This document shows, piece after piece, positions 31,234 to 41,158 of a DNA stretch of 64,000 bases. Below the pieces are notes generated by a model that worked only from the letters and a program-made list of their open reading frames with translations, was not told where the DNA came from and did no database searches. The number at the start of each line of letters is the position of its first letter. Position 1 is the stretch's first letter. Source of the stretch: Flammeovirgaceae bacterium (GTDB lineage Bacteria; Bacteroidota; Bacteroidia; Cytophagales; Cyclobacteriaceae); assembly GCA_016709845.1 (NCBI GenBank), contig JADJMA010000014.1:38365-102364 (forward strand), given 5' to 3'. Made by a program: the position numbers and the translations under genes.

Positions 31234-31953
31234 CTAAATATTCAGCATCACGCACGTTTTTTCTGAGGCATCTTGTTCGGCTTTCTTCTTGGTATAACCA
31301 AAGCCCTGGCCATAGGCCTGATCGCCAATAATTACCTGTGCCGTAAATTCTTTACTGTTCTTTCCTTTTTTTACATCGGTTACATCAAAGTGAATCTCTT
31401 TACTATTTCGCTGTGCCCATTCAATCACCTTGCTTTTATGATTGGAGTTTGAATTTACCATTACATCTAAATCAAAATAGGTTTGAATTAGTTTATCAAT
31501 TACGAATTTCTTCGTTTTTATATAGCCCTTGTCTAGATAGATGGCGCCCACCAGGGCCTCAAGGGCATTTCCTAATATCACCTGCTTGAGCTGTGCATTT
31601 TTATGATCAAACTGCATGATGGCGGCCACGCCTACTCTACGTGCCAGATGGTTGAGCGACTCGCGATTTACTATGCGCGATCGTATTTCTGTAAGAAAGC
31701 CTTCGTCTTTGAATGGATATTTCTTGAACAAGTAATCGGCCACAGCCGCACCAAGAATGGCATCACCTAAATACTCAAGTCGTTCGTTCGATTCGCGAAA
31801 GCCATTCTTTTCTTTTGAGCGTGAGCTATGTAACGTAGCAAGTTTATAAATCGCGAGATTGGATGGAGCAAAACCAGCAATTGTTTTAATTGCCGTTATC
31901 AGCTTCTTATCTTCTTTTGAATTGGATTTAGATAAAGAGAGTAATTTCCACAC
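31234..31953 (-). CDS. rnc: Ribonuclease III
   Basis: NERLEYLGDAIL signature; dsRBD KKKAEQDA. Confidence 0.96.
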   Translation of the reverse strand: MWKLLSLSKSNSKEDKKLITAIKTIAGFAPSNLAIYKLATLHSSRSKEKNGFRESNERLEYLGDAILGAAVADYLFKKYPFKDEGFLTEIRSRIVNRESLNHLARRVGVAAIMQFDHKNAQLKQVILGNALEALVGAIYLDKGYIKTKKFVIDKLIQTYFDLDVMVNSNSNHKSKVIEWAQRNSKEIHFDVTDVKKGKNSKEFTAQVIIGDQAYGQGFGYTKKKAEQDASEKTCVMLNI

Positions 31954-31963
31954 AACCGGTGCG

Positions 31964-33214
31964 TTACTCTACTTTTTTCAGAATTACGGATGCATTGTGG
32001 CCACCAAAGCCAAACGTATTGCTTAAGGCAACTTTCACATCTTTTTTCTGAGCCTTGTTAAACGTAAGGTTTAACTGTGGGTCAAGACCGTCATCATCGG
32101 TAAAGTGATTGATGGTAGGAGCAATGATTCCTTCATTCAGCGCAAGCAAACAAGCAATTACCTCAATGGCACCCGCAGCACCCAGTAAATGGCCGGTCAT
32201 TGATTTGGTGGAACTGATGTTCATTTTATAGGCCTGCTCACCAAATACTTTTTGAATGGCTTTAATCTCACCAATATCGCCAAGCGGAGTTGAGGTGCCG
32301 TGTGTATTTATATAATCTACTTCTTCAGGCTTAATACCCGCTTCACTCAACGCATTTTGCATTACCTTGGTAATACCAAAGCCTTCCGGATGGGGTGCGG
32401 TAATGTGATACGCATCGGCAGATAATCCACCGCCAATTATTTCAGCATAAATTTTCGCGCCTCTTTTCTTTGCGTGCTCATACTCTTCGAGAATAAGTGC
32501 GCCAGCGCCTTCGCCTAAGACAAAACCATCGCGGTCTTTATCGTAAGGTCGTGAGGCTGTTTCGGGGGAGTCGTTTCTTTCTGATAAAGCCTTCATGGCG
32601 TTAAAGCCGCCAACACCAGCTTCGCATATTGCTGCTTCTGATCCACCAGAAACAATGATGTCGGCCTTACCCAATCGGATATAGGTAAACGAATCATAAA
32701 TAGCATTGGTGGAGGAGGCGCAAGCGGAAACCGTTACAAAGTTTGGTCCGCGAAAACCGTATTTAATAGAAATGTGACCTGCACTGATGTCAGCAATCAT
32801 CTTTGGAATAAAGAAAGGATTGAAACGAGGTGTGCCGCCACCTTTGGTATAGCTTTTTACTTCTTCCTGAAAAGTAAGCAACCCCCCGATACCGGAGCCC
32901 CAGATTACCCCAACTCGGTCAGGATCTAGTTCAGATAGCGGGAGGTTTGCATCAGCTATAGCTTCATCAGCCACCACCATAGCGTATTGCGAGAATGGAT
33001 CCATTTTACGCCCTTCTTTGCGATCCATAAAGTCTTCAAAATTGAAGCCTTTAACTTCGCAGGCGAATTTGGTCCTATATAGAGTAGTATCAAACTTGGT
33101 AATTGGTACAGCGCCACTTTTCCCAGCTTTTAAACCTTCCCAATATTGTTGAAGGTTGTTACCGATGGGAGTTAATGCGCCCGCACCTGTTATTACTACT
33201 CTTTTAAATGTCAT
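31964..33214 (-). CDS. fabF: Beta-ketoacyl-ACP synthase II
   Basis: SACASS, HGTST, GHLLGAAG, SNTFGFGG. Confidence 0.97.
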   Translation of the reverse strand: MTFKRVVITGAGALTPIGNNLQQYWEGLKAGKSGAVPITKFDTTLYRTKFACEVKGFNFEDFMDRKEGRKMDPFSQYAMVVADEAIADANLPLSELDPDRVGVIWGSGIGGLLTFQEEVKSYTKGGGTPRFNPFFIPKMIADISAGHISIKYGFRGPNFVTVSACASSTNAIYDSFTYIRLGKADIIVSGGSEAAICEAGVGGFNAMKALSERNDSPETASRPYDKDRDGFVLGEGAGALILEEYEHAKKRGAKIYAEIIGGGLSADAYHITAPHPEGFGITKVMQNALSEAGIKPEEVDYINTHGTSTPLGDIGEIKAIQKVFGEQAYKMNISSTKSMTGHLLGAAGAIEVIACLLALNEGIIAPTINHFTDDDGLDPQLNLTFNKAQKKDVKVALSNTFGFGGHNASVILKKVE

Positions 33215-33245
33215 ACAATCCGTTAGTGGGCAAAACTGACTTCAA

Positions 33246-33485
33246 TTATTTCTTAACGTTCTCTTCGAGGTAAGAAATCGCCTGGCCTACGGTTGCGATG
33301 TTTTCGGCCTGGTCGTCAGGGATGGAAATGTTGAATTCTTTTTCGAATTCCATGATCAATTCTACTGTATCCAGAGGAGTCGGCACCCAAATCATTGGTA
33401 AGCTTGCTTCCGGTGTAACTTCAGATTCTTCCACGCCAAGTTTGTCGATGATGATCTGTTTTACTTTTTGTGCGATTTCAGACAT
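33246..33485 (-). CDS. acpP: Acyl carrier protein (two compensating indels mask the GADSLD motif)
   Basis: [21 protein letters not shown]; adjacent frame reads TNDLGADS. Confidence 0.93.
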   Translation of the reverse strand: MSEIAQKVKQIIIDKLGVEESEVTPEASLPMIWVPTPLDTVELIMEFEKEFNISIPDDQAENIATVGQAISYLEENVKK

Positions 33486-33579
33486 GTTTATAAAGGTTTA
33501 GAGTATTCAAAAATCTGTGCAAATAAAGAGATTTGGTGCAATATTGTCAAACATTTAACACCCATAGGGTAAATATCAA

Positions 33580-34010
33580 TTGGCAAAAGTGAAGAAAAAA
33601 AGACTTGAAATCGAATATACCTTTGATTTTGAGTTAATCGGCATTATTTCGAGTGCTAAAGGTTATAAACTTGCCTGGGAGATTAATTTAGCGTTGTCAG
33701 CACGCCTTGTAAAGCAAGTTGACTTGATTATTGAACAAAAAATAACACAAATGCTACTTATTCCTACTATTCATTTGAAAATGAAGTAAATACGCTCAAG
33801 CTATTTCGCAACAAGCCCAATGAAACAGATTTAGTCAAAAATGTATTAGTGCCTGAGTTTCCACATTATGATTACATTATTTTGGCACAAGGTGAAGATC
33901 ATTTGGATAGCAATCGATTGCAGGAAGTCTTGCGTAAAATTTCTATAATTGAATTAACTGCTTTCATACCTTTGGACGCTTTAAAATCAAAAGAGCACTT
34001 TATTTTCTAA
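33580..34010 (+). CDS. IPExxxVDY family protein (frameshifted)
   Basis: FELIGIIS..KGYKLAWEIN; second frame LVPEFPHYDY; position between acpP and pyk. Confidence 0.75.
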
Positions 34011-34019
34011 CTAATTTCA

Positions 34020-35447
34020 ATGGAACATATCATATACAACAAGACCAAGATTGTGGCTACTATAGGCCCCGCTTCTAATAATAAAGAAATGCTTCGCGCA
34101 TTAGCTAAAGAGGGAGTAGATGTTTTTCGATTAAATTTTTCGCATGGTTCGCATGCGGATCACCAAAAAGTAATCGACTTTGTTCGTGAGATAAATGTTG
34201 AGTTAGGTACACATATTGCTTTACTGCAAGATTTGCAAGGACCTAAAATCCGTGTAAACGAAATGCAACCGGGTATTGAAATTAAAGCCGGAGACACGAT
34301 CACAATCACGACCAAAGAAGTACTGGGAAATCAAGAATTGGTGAGCACATCGTATGAGGGACTTCCCAAAGATGTAAAGGTTGGCGATATGATTCTTATT
34401 GATGATGGTAAGATTGAGTTAAAGGTAAAAGAGGTTAAGGCCACAGAAGTGGTGTGCACGGTAGTTTATGGTGGCCCCCTTAAATCGCGGAAAGGAATTA
34501 ACCTTCCGTATTCGAAAGTATCGGCACCCTCACTAACCGATAAAGATTATGAGGATTTGGAGTTCGGTTTAAAGAATAAAGTAGACTGGGTTGCCTTATC
34601 CTTTGTGCGCAAGGCCACTGATATTGAAATACTAAGAGCCTATATTGATCGATTCAAGTCTACCACGCGAATTGTAGCGAAAATTGAGAAGCCCGAAGCA
34701 CTGGAAAATATTGACGCTATTATTGCAGCAACGGATGCCATTATGGTAGCGCGGGGAGATTTGGGTGTAGAAATTTGGATGGAAGAAGTACCCATGGTAC
34801 AGAAAATGTTGGTTGATAAATGCAACGAGGCATCTAAACCAGTAATTGTAGCTACGCAGATGATGGAGAGCATGATTGAGAACCCACGACCCACGCGTGC
34901 CGAAACCAATGATGTTGCCAATGCAGTACTGGATGGTGCCGATGCGCTTATGCTTTCCGCAGAAACAGCTGCCGGAAAATATCCTATTGAAGTTATCCGA
35001 AGTATGGTGCGTACCATTGGTTCGGTAGAGAAGTCGGGAAACATCTTTTATAAGTTTAGACATATTGATCCAAAGTCACCCAACTATTTCAATGATAGCT
35101 TGATTTTAACTGCTTGCAAGTTGGCCCAGGAAGTAAAAGCAAAAGCGATTGTTGGCATGACTCAATTGGGCTATGTTGCCTTTAAAGCTTCTTCGCATCG
35201 ACCGGATGCAAATATTTTTGCCTTCACCAGCAACGACACCATTTTAAATACCATGAATCTGGTGTGGGCAACGAAGGCCTATCATTATGACAAAGCTGCC
35301 TCTACCGATGAAACTATTGCAGACGTAGAGAAAATATTGAAACGTGATGGTCATGTAACGACAGGTGATATTTTTATTATGCTGGCCAGCATGCCGATTC
35401 AGGACCGAGGACGAGCGAACATGATTAAAGTGCATGTTGTAAGTTGA
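34020..35447 (+). CDS. pyk: Pyruvate kinase
   Basis: TKIVATIGPAS, RLNFSHG, DLQGPKIR, MVARGDLG, ATQMMESM. Confidence 0.97.
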   Translation: MEHIIYNKTKIVATIGPASNNKEMLRALAKEGVDVFRLNFSHGSHADHQKVIDFVREINVELGTHIALLQDLQGPKIRVNEMQPGIEIKAGDTITITTKEVLGNQELVSTSYEGLPKDVKVGDMILIDDGKIELKVKEVKATEVVCTVVYGGPLKSRKGINLPYSKVSAPSLTDKDYEDLEFGLKNKVDWVALSFVRKATDIEILRAYIDRFKSTTRIVAKIEKPEALENIDAIIAATDAIMVARGDLGVEIWMEEVPMVQKMLVDKCNEASKPVIVATQMMESMIENPRPTRAETNDVANAVLDGADALMLSAETAAGKYPIEVIRSMVRTIGSVEKSGNIFYKFRHIDPKSPNYFNDSLILTACKLAQEVKAKAIVGMTQLGYVAFKASSHRPDANIFAFTSNDTILNTMNLVWATKAYHYDKAASTDETIADVEKILKRDGHVTTGDIFIMLASMPIQDRGRANMIKVHVVS

Positions 35448-35450
35448 TAC

Positions 35451-35484
35451 GGGTAACCTGTTACTGGTTACTGTTTACCAGTTT
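35451..35484. repeat. Degenerate heptamer tandem repeat between convergent genes
   Basis: GGTAACC TGTTACT GGTTACT GTTTACC. Confidence 0.5.
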
Positions 35485-35498
35485 CGGTTCTACCATAA

Positions 35499-37004
35499 TT
35501 ACATCCTCCCTTTCAACAATAACCATTCCCTTAGGGTCACCTTTGCGCTTGCGCACAAATTTTTGGATGTAACGATAACCGGACAAAGCGATTCTGTTTT
35601 GCGTTTGGAATTGTAAGCCGCCAATTGTGCAGCTCGTTCAATAACATCTTTTGGAAATTTTTTACCGGATTGATATTTGATGAGTACGTGTGAGCCGGCT
35701 ACATCTTTCGCGTGCAGCCAAAGGTCTTCTTTGAAAGAATTTTTTAAGGTTAATTCATCATTGTGCTCTGCGTTTTTCCCTACCCAAATCCTGAAGCCTT
35801 TATATTCAAACTCATGATAGGGAAGCGATTTGAGTTGCTGTTTATTTATTTTAGGGCTATCCTTTCTAAAGTCTTTCAGGTTAGAGGCAGCCCCAATGGT
35901 AGCTAAATCCTTTTCAAGATTTTCAATTTCTGCTTGTTTGGCACGAATAGTTTCCTGCAGCTTATTAATTTCTATTTGTTGATTCTTTGCTTTCCTATAA
36001 AATATTTCAGCATTTTTTTTTGGATTAAGTTCTCGCTTAAGTTTTATCTCTACGGGCTTACCATCGTAAAAACTTTCGAGAACAATTTTTTCAGTACCTA
36101 TTTTTATTTCATGCATGTGCGCCATGATCAAATCGCCCCAAATCTGGTAATGTTGGTCATTAACTAATTCATTTAGCTTTTGCTGATTTTTTGAAATATA
36201 ATTTTTGCCTTTTATCTGATCTTGAATATGTTTTGATCGAATGATTTTTTCTGAATGCAAGGTGTTAGAGATAGAACTCTTTAGAAAAAATTCGTTAATA
36301 GCTTCAAGAGGTTGTTGAAAGGATTGCAATATGTTTCCAATTGGAACCAATGAGAAAATAATCTCACCTCCTTTTTCTACCATGTAATAAGTTGGCTTTT
36401 CCAGTAAGGCTAATAGTTTATTAAACTCACTCCATTGCTCCGTTGCTAATAACTTATCAAACCCATGGTCGCGCCAATATTCCCAGAAAATTTTCCCAAG
36501 TGTAAAATATGTTTTGGGCAGAGCATTAATATTTTGTTCGAAAGCTTTCTGACTGAAATCAAGCTGCCGATCGAGTTGATCCATTGAAATTTCAAGATCA
36601 GCTTCCAGATGATTTCTGAATAAAGAGATTGCTTTTTCCTTTTTAAATAGAACCAGGTTCGATCGGTTACCATGCATTTTAAATAGGAGTTGATAATCGC
36701 CCTCTAATTCAAAGGAAAAGCTCCGCTCGTTTTTATATTGTCGGATTCTCTTTACTTTCTTTAAAATGACTTCATTAAAAAGATCCACGCTATTTTTCCG
36801 GGCACGATTAAACCCCTCCGGAAATGAAAGACAACAAAATTGAGGGAGTAAACTGGCTTTAATAAAAAATGATTGCTGTGAATTATTTAATTCAATAACA
36901 AGTTCATCCTTGTTCTGACTAAAACAAGAGACTACGGTGTAGCCCACAATCTTATCATTCAATTGGCGGCTAAGTTGCTTTAGAAAATAATAATTGGTGT
37001 GCAC
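35499..37004 (-). CDS. NFACT family protein (RqcH/FbpA-like)
   Basis: FKMHGNRSN; C-terminal GKNAEHNDELT, DLWLHAKDVAGSHV, AAQLAAYNSK. Confidence 0.85.
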   Translation of the reverse strand: MHTNYYFLKQLSRQLNDKIVGYTVVSCFSQNKDELVIELNNSQQSFFIKASLLPQFCCLSFPEGFNRARKNSVDLFNEVILKKVKRIRQYKNERSFSFELEGDYQLLFKMHGNRSNLVLFKKEKAISLFRNHLEADLEISMDQLDRQLDFSQKAFEQNINALPKTYFTLGKIFWEYWRDHGFDKLLATEQWSEFNKLLALLEKPTYYMVEKGGEIIFSLVPIGNILQSFQQPLEAINEFFLKSSISNTLHSEKIIRSKHIQDQIKGKNYISKNQQKLNELVNDQHYQIWGDLIMAHMHEIKIGTEKIVLESFYDGKPVEIKLKRELNPKKNAEIFYRKAKNQQIEINKLQETIRAKQAEIENLEKDLATIGAASNLKDFRKDSPKINKQQLKSLPYHEFEYKGFRIWVGKNAEHNDELTLKNSFKEDLWLHAKDVAGSHVLIKYQSGKKFPKDVIERAAQLAAYNSKRKTESLCPVIVTSKNLCASAKVTLREWLLLKGRM

Positions 37005-37006
37005 CT

Positions 37007-37766
37007 TTATAGCTCGATGGACAGGCCATCATAAGCCAAAGCTACAGATTTTGGTAACTCCTTTTCGATTACCTTATGCATGCCTAGTTTGTGACTGATG
37101 TGGATCAGGTAAGTTTGCTCAGCACCAATTTTATGGGCAACGTCAAGGGCTTCGGCTAGATTGAAGTGTGACAGATGCTTTTCTCGTTGCAGTGCATTTA
37201 TTACCATCACCTTAGTGCCCTTTAATAGCTCGTAGGTGGAGTCCGGAATATGATTGGCATCGGTGATATAACTAAAATCATTTATCCGAAACCCCATAAC
37301 CGGTAATTTGTAATGCAGTACGGGTAGGGGAGTCACAGGAATTCCTTGTACCACAAAGGGTGTATCAGTCATTTCCACTAATTGTATTTGTGGAATACCC
37401 GGATACTTAAACTTTTCGAAAGCGTAATAAAATTCCACCTTAAGTTGTTCCAACACGTTTGAGGTGCCATATACTGGCATATCTATATGTTGTAAATAAT
37501 TGTAGGCCCGCACATCATCAAGGCCGGCAATGTGATCTTTGTGTGCATGCGTAAAGTATGGCATCCAGGCGTAGAATCTGTTCGCGGAGCATTTGCTGAC
37601 GAAAATCTGGTCCGCTGTCTATAACTATACTTTTGTTGTTTACGGTAAGATGAACGGAGGATCTTAAACGTTTGTCTCGATAATCGAGCGATTGGCAAAC
37701 ATCACAATCACAACCAATAACAGGTACACCTTGTGACGTTCCGGTACCGAGAAAGGTAACCTTCAT
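37007..37766 (-). CDS. PhnP-like metallo-beta-lactamase-fold hydrolase (frameshifted)
   Basis: LGTGTSQGVPVIGC.C.VC, IDSGPDFRQQ, THAHKDH. Confidence 0.88.
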
Positions 37767-37775
37767 AGCCCCTGT

Positions 37776-38048
37776 TTAATGTTTTACTTCTGCCTGACTG
37801 AGTTCTTCGTAGAGTTTCAGACTTTTTTCGGTGAAGCGTGTGGTATCTAATTCCAGCCCTTTTAAGATATCGAGTAGGGCGTTAATTTTTCCTTCTGTGG
37901 TAAAGAACTTATTGAGAATCATGATCTTCTGCTCTCTCAACAGGCAATAGCCCGATTTGAAATTTCCTTTCTCGTATCGCAAGATGTAGTCCGATTCTGC
38001 AATTAAGTCTTCCAACTTGGTAAGGAATTGGTTCGTGTATTTAATCAT
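37776..38048 (-). CDS. Conserved hypothetical protein
   Basis: RYEKGNFKSGYC motif; co-oriented with MBL gene. Confidence 0.7.
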   Translation of the reverse strand: MIKYTNQFLTKLEDLIAESDYILRYEKGNFKSGYCLLREQKIMILNKFFTTEGKINALLDILKGLELDTTRFTEKSLKLYEELSQAEVKH

Positions 38049-38086
38049 TCGTAGTGGCGAATTTTAAGGTGGCAAGATAACCTTAA

Positions 38087-38283
38087 ATTTACGATTTACG
38101 AATTGTGATTTACGAATTTGGACTGGTCTTTATCACCTATTATGCGGCATTCGTAATTCTAAAAGTTAGTTATTGAAGCCTACTCATCATTGTTGGTGCA
38201 AATCTTTAAAATTGTAATCCGAATTAAGATTTACGAATTTGATTGGTCTATTCATTCGTAATTCGTAATTCGTAATTCTAAAA
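38087..38283. repeat. Duplicated TTACGAAT/ATTCGTAA heptamer-repeat units upstream of miaA
   Basis: GATTTACGAATTTG...CATTCGTAATTC seen twice (about 38107-38164 and 38228-38283); (ATTCGTA)x3. Confidence 0.7.
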
Positions 38284-39062
38284 TGAACGAAGAAAAAAGA
38301 CTTATCGTACTTGTTGGGCCAACGGCTGTCGGTAAAACCGCAGTCGCCATACAGCTAGCCGAACATTTTAAAACGGAGATAATTTCGGCTGACTCGCCAG
38401 ATTTATAGAGAATTAGAAATAGGCACTGCCAAACCGAGTGAACAAGAGTTAAAGCAGATCAGGCATCATTTTATTAACACTCATTCCATTGAGCAAACCT
38501 ATGATGCGGGTTCCTACGAGCGGGATGCACTCGAACGGATTGATGAGTTATTTAAAAAGTATGATACCTTAATTCTATGCGGAGGTTCGGGATTGTATGT
38601 AAAAGCCGTGCTGGAAGGGTTTGACGAAATGCCGGAAATTCCTGTAGGTACGCGTGAGAAAATAATGAATGAGTACGAGTCGAAGGGATTAACGTGGTTG
38701 CAGGAAAAAGTGAGAGAAGTTGATCCTGACTACTTCAGCGAAGTAGATATTAAAAACCCACATCGGTTGGTACGCGCACTTGAACTTCACGCGGCTAAGG
38801 GCAAACCATTGAAAGAACTGCGAACAAAAGAAAAGTTAATCGTCCATTTGAGGTTGTAAAGATTGGTCTGGAAGTAGAACGTGAAGAACTTTATCACCGT
38901 ATTGATGTACGCATGGACAAGATGATTGCCAACGGACTCTTTGAGGAGGCCGAACAATTATATCCAAAACAAAACCTGAATGCGCTACAAACCGTAAGGT
39001 ATCGCGAAATATTTGGATACCTCGAAGAGCAATATGATAAAGAAGAGGCAATTCGATTGCTG
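38283..39062 (+). CDS. miaA: tRNA dimethylallyltransferase, frameshifted and 3'-truncated
   Basis: [48 protein letters not shown]; ends at EEAIRLL. Confidence 0.9.
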
Positions 39063-39064
39063 CC

Positions 39065-40221
39065 ATGGAGGATAAATCGTTGCAGGCTGATGTTCCTGAA
39101 TCCGTTGAGGTAATTCGGTTTCCCATTTGGGAGCCGTATCAAATCTTCTCTAAAGCATCTTCACTATTAGGTAAAAAAAATCTACAGCAAACCGATTTTA
39201 TTTCAACCGGAAAGAAATCCATCTTTCAATCCGTTAGCTCATGGATTCGCGGTAATTTTTTTATTCCCGATGCCCGTGTGTTTTGGGTAAAGCCTTCGGT
39301 TAACTATCTAATTGACTTCATTCAAAGAAATAATATTGATAAAATAATTACTACGGGTCCACCGCATAGTGTTCATTTGATCGGACTCCGGTTGAAAAGG
39401 AAAAATCCATCGCTGCATTGGATTGCTGACTTTCGCGATCCGTGGAGTGAATGGGACTTATTGGATACGCTGTCTCTTACTTCGCTTGCACGGAAACGTC
39501 ATCAGACTTTGGAACGACAAGTACTTACTAATGCCGATCGGGTTATTACTATCGCACCTTATCATGTCGATCGGCTACAAGTTTTAAGTGGTAGAAAAGT
39601 TGATTTGATTACGAATGGTTTCGATGCGGAAGATTTTGTAGGTATTGAGAATATAAAGACATCGAAGTTTACCGTTCGGCATATTGGTGTTGTCGATGAG
39701 TTGCGTGATCCACGACCGGTTATGGACGTAATCAAAGCGTTGTTTACTTCAAATCCGGATTTAATAGAGGAGATTACCATTGAATTTATTGGTAAAGTAA
39801 CTCTGCGTTTAAAGACTATGTTAATTCGGATTCAAATCTTTTGTGGGTTGTAAAGTTTCTGGATCAGATTCCACATGTGCAAGTGTTAGCGGGCTATGGC
39901 TCTACCGATTTACAATTACTGGTGTTGGCCCATACTGCTATTGCTCCGGGTAACTTGCCAGGAAAATTCTTTGAATACCTAGCTTCGGGTAAACCAATTT
40001 TAGGTATTGGCCCGGTAAATGGTGATGCCGCTGAAATTCTCAATCAAACCAAAGCCGGAGTGATTGTTGAAAGAACGGATGTACCCGAAATTAAAACAGC
40101 ACTGCTTTCTTATTATCAAGATTGGAAGAATGGAATTAGTAACAAGTCATCAGGTATTGAGATGTATGCCAGAGAACAGTTGACTAAAAAGTTGATTGAG
40201 TTATTAGAAAATTTGAGATAA
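39065..40221 (+). CDS. GT4-like glycosyltransferase, 5'-truncated and frameshifted
   Basis: RGNFFIPDAR..W, TTGPPHSVH, WIADFRDPWS, PGKFFEYLASGKPI. Confidence 0.85.
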
Positions 40222-40222
40222 C

Positions 40223-41096
40223 TCACCAGGACAAATACTTATAGACAATCCTTATTAACGGATAAGCCTCATTCATATTTTTTGCCTGGTAAGAGATCGT
40301 GTAACCATCAACCCGTTTCATGCCCGGAATGCCCATAGCAACATCGGCCCGGGTAGGGACGTCCACTTTAAGTACAAACTCAATGGGGTCTTTTACTGGG
40401 AATGGTTTTGCGTTTTTTAAATCTTTAATGGCGGCTAATGTCTGAGTTTGTAATTCTTTATTTACCACATCGGGGTGAAGAAGTTTAGCGGCACTGAGGC
40501 CAATCGCCTCTTTTGTAATTACCGTTCGCGTGGGTGTTATTTTTTTTATTTCTTCCGAAAAAGTTTTATCACCACTCGCTAAAATAACCGGCACCCCAAT
40601 AGAGCCAGCAAAAAAAGTATTTAACCCCCCTTCACCCACTTCAGTACCATTAAGCCAAAGTCCTTTTACCACACCTGCCCCGGTATGGGCCAGAAAACCA
40701 TTTTCTGCACCTGCTCGGGCATGATAGCCGATGAAGATCACTCCATCAAAACTTGAATCAAGACCCTGCACCATACCCAGTGGTTTTGATATTGCTTTGA
40801 ATATATTCTACGCGTGGGTCAAGTTCGGTATGCAATAAGTTTTGCATATCACCATGACTGTCATTGACCAAGATAGTGGCCGGCCCCGTCTGGAAAATTG
40901 CTTTTACCACCGTGTTCACTTCATCCGTCATTAGCTTTCTTCCGGTCGCGTAATCTTTTTCACTGCTGCTTACCATCGCTGCAGTGCCAATGCCCCCAAT
41001 ACCTTCCATATCCACTGAGATGAAAATTTTAACCGGCTTTGGTTGAGCGTATGAAAGCGTAGAAATGCTAAGAAGAAGAAATAATAGTTTTTTCAT
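40223..41096 (-). CDS. M55 family D-aminopeptidase (DppA-like) with signal peptide (frameshifted)
   Basis: ISVDMEG, VNDSHG, FIGYHARAG, LAHT, GEGGLN, SGD. Confidence 0.88.
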
Positions 41097-41158
41097 AATC
41101 TGAATTTTAGATGTGTTAAGGTAGCAACTTATTAAGACTCCGCCTACCTAAAGTATGG

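Noticed and set aside
33340-33420. ACP seemingly lacking its phosphopantetheine Ser
   Set aside because: Two compensating indels; TNDLGADS is readable in the adjacent frame
38087-38283. CRISPR array
   Set aside because: Only two degenerate units built from 7-mers, no regular spacers, no cas genes
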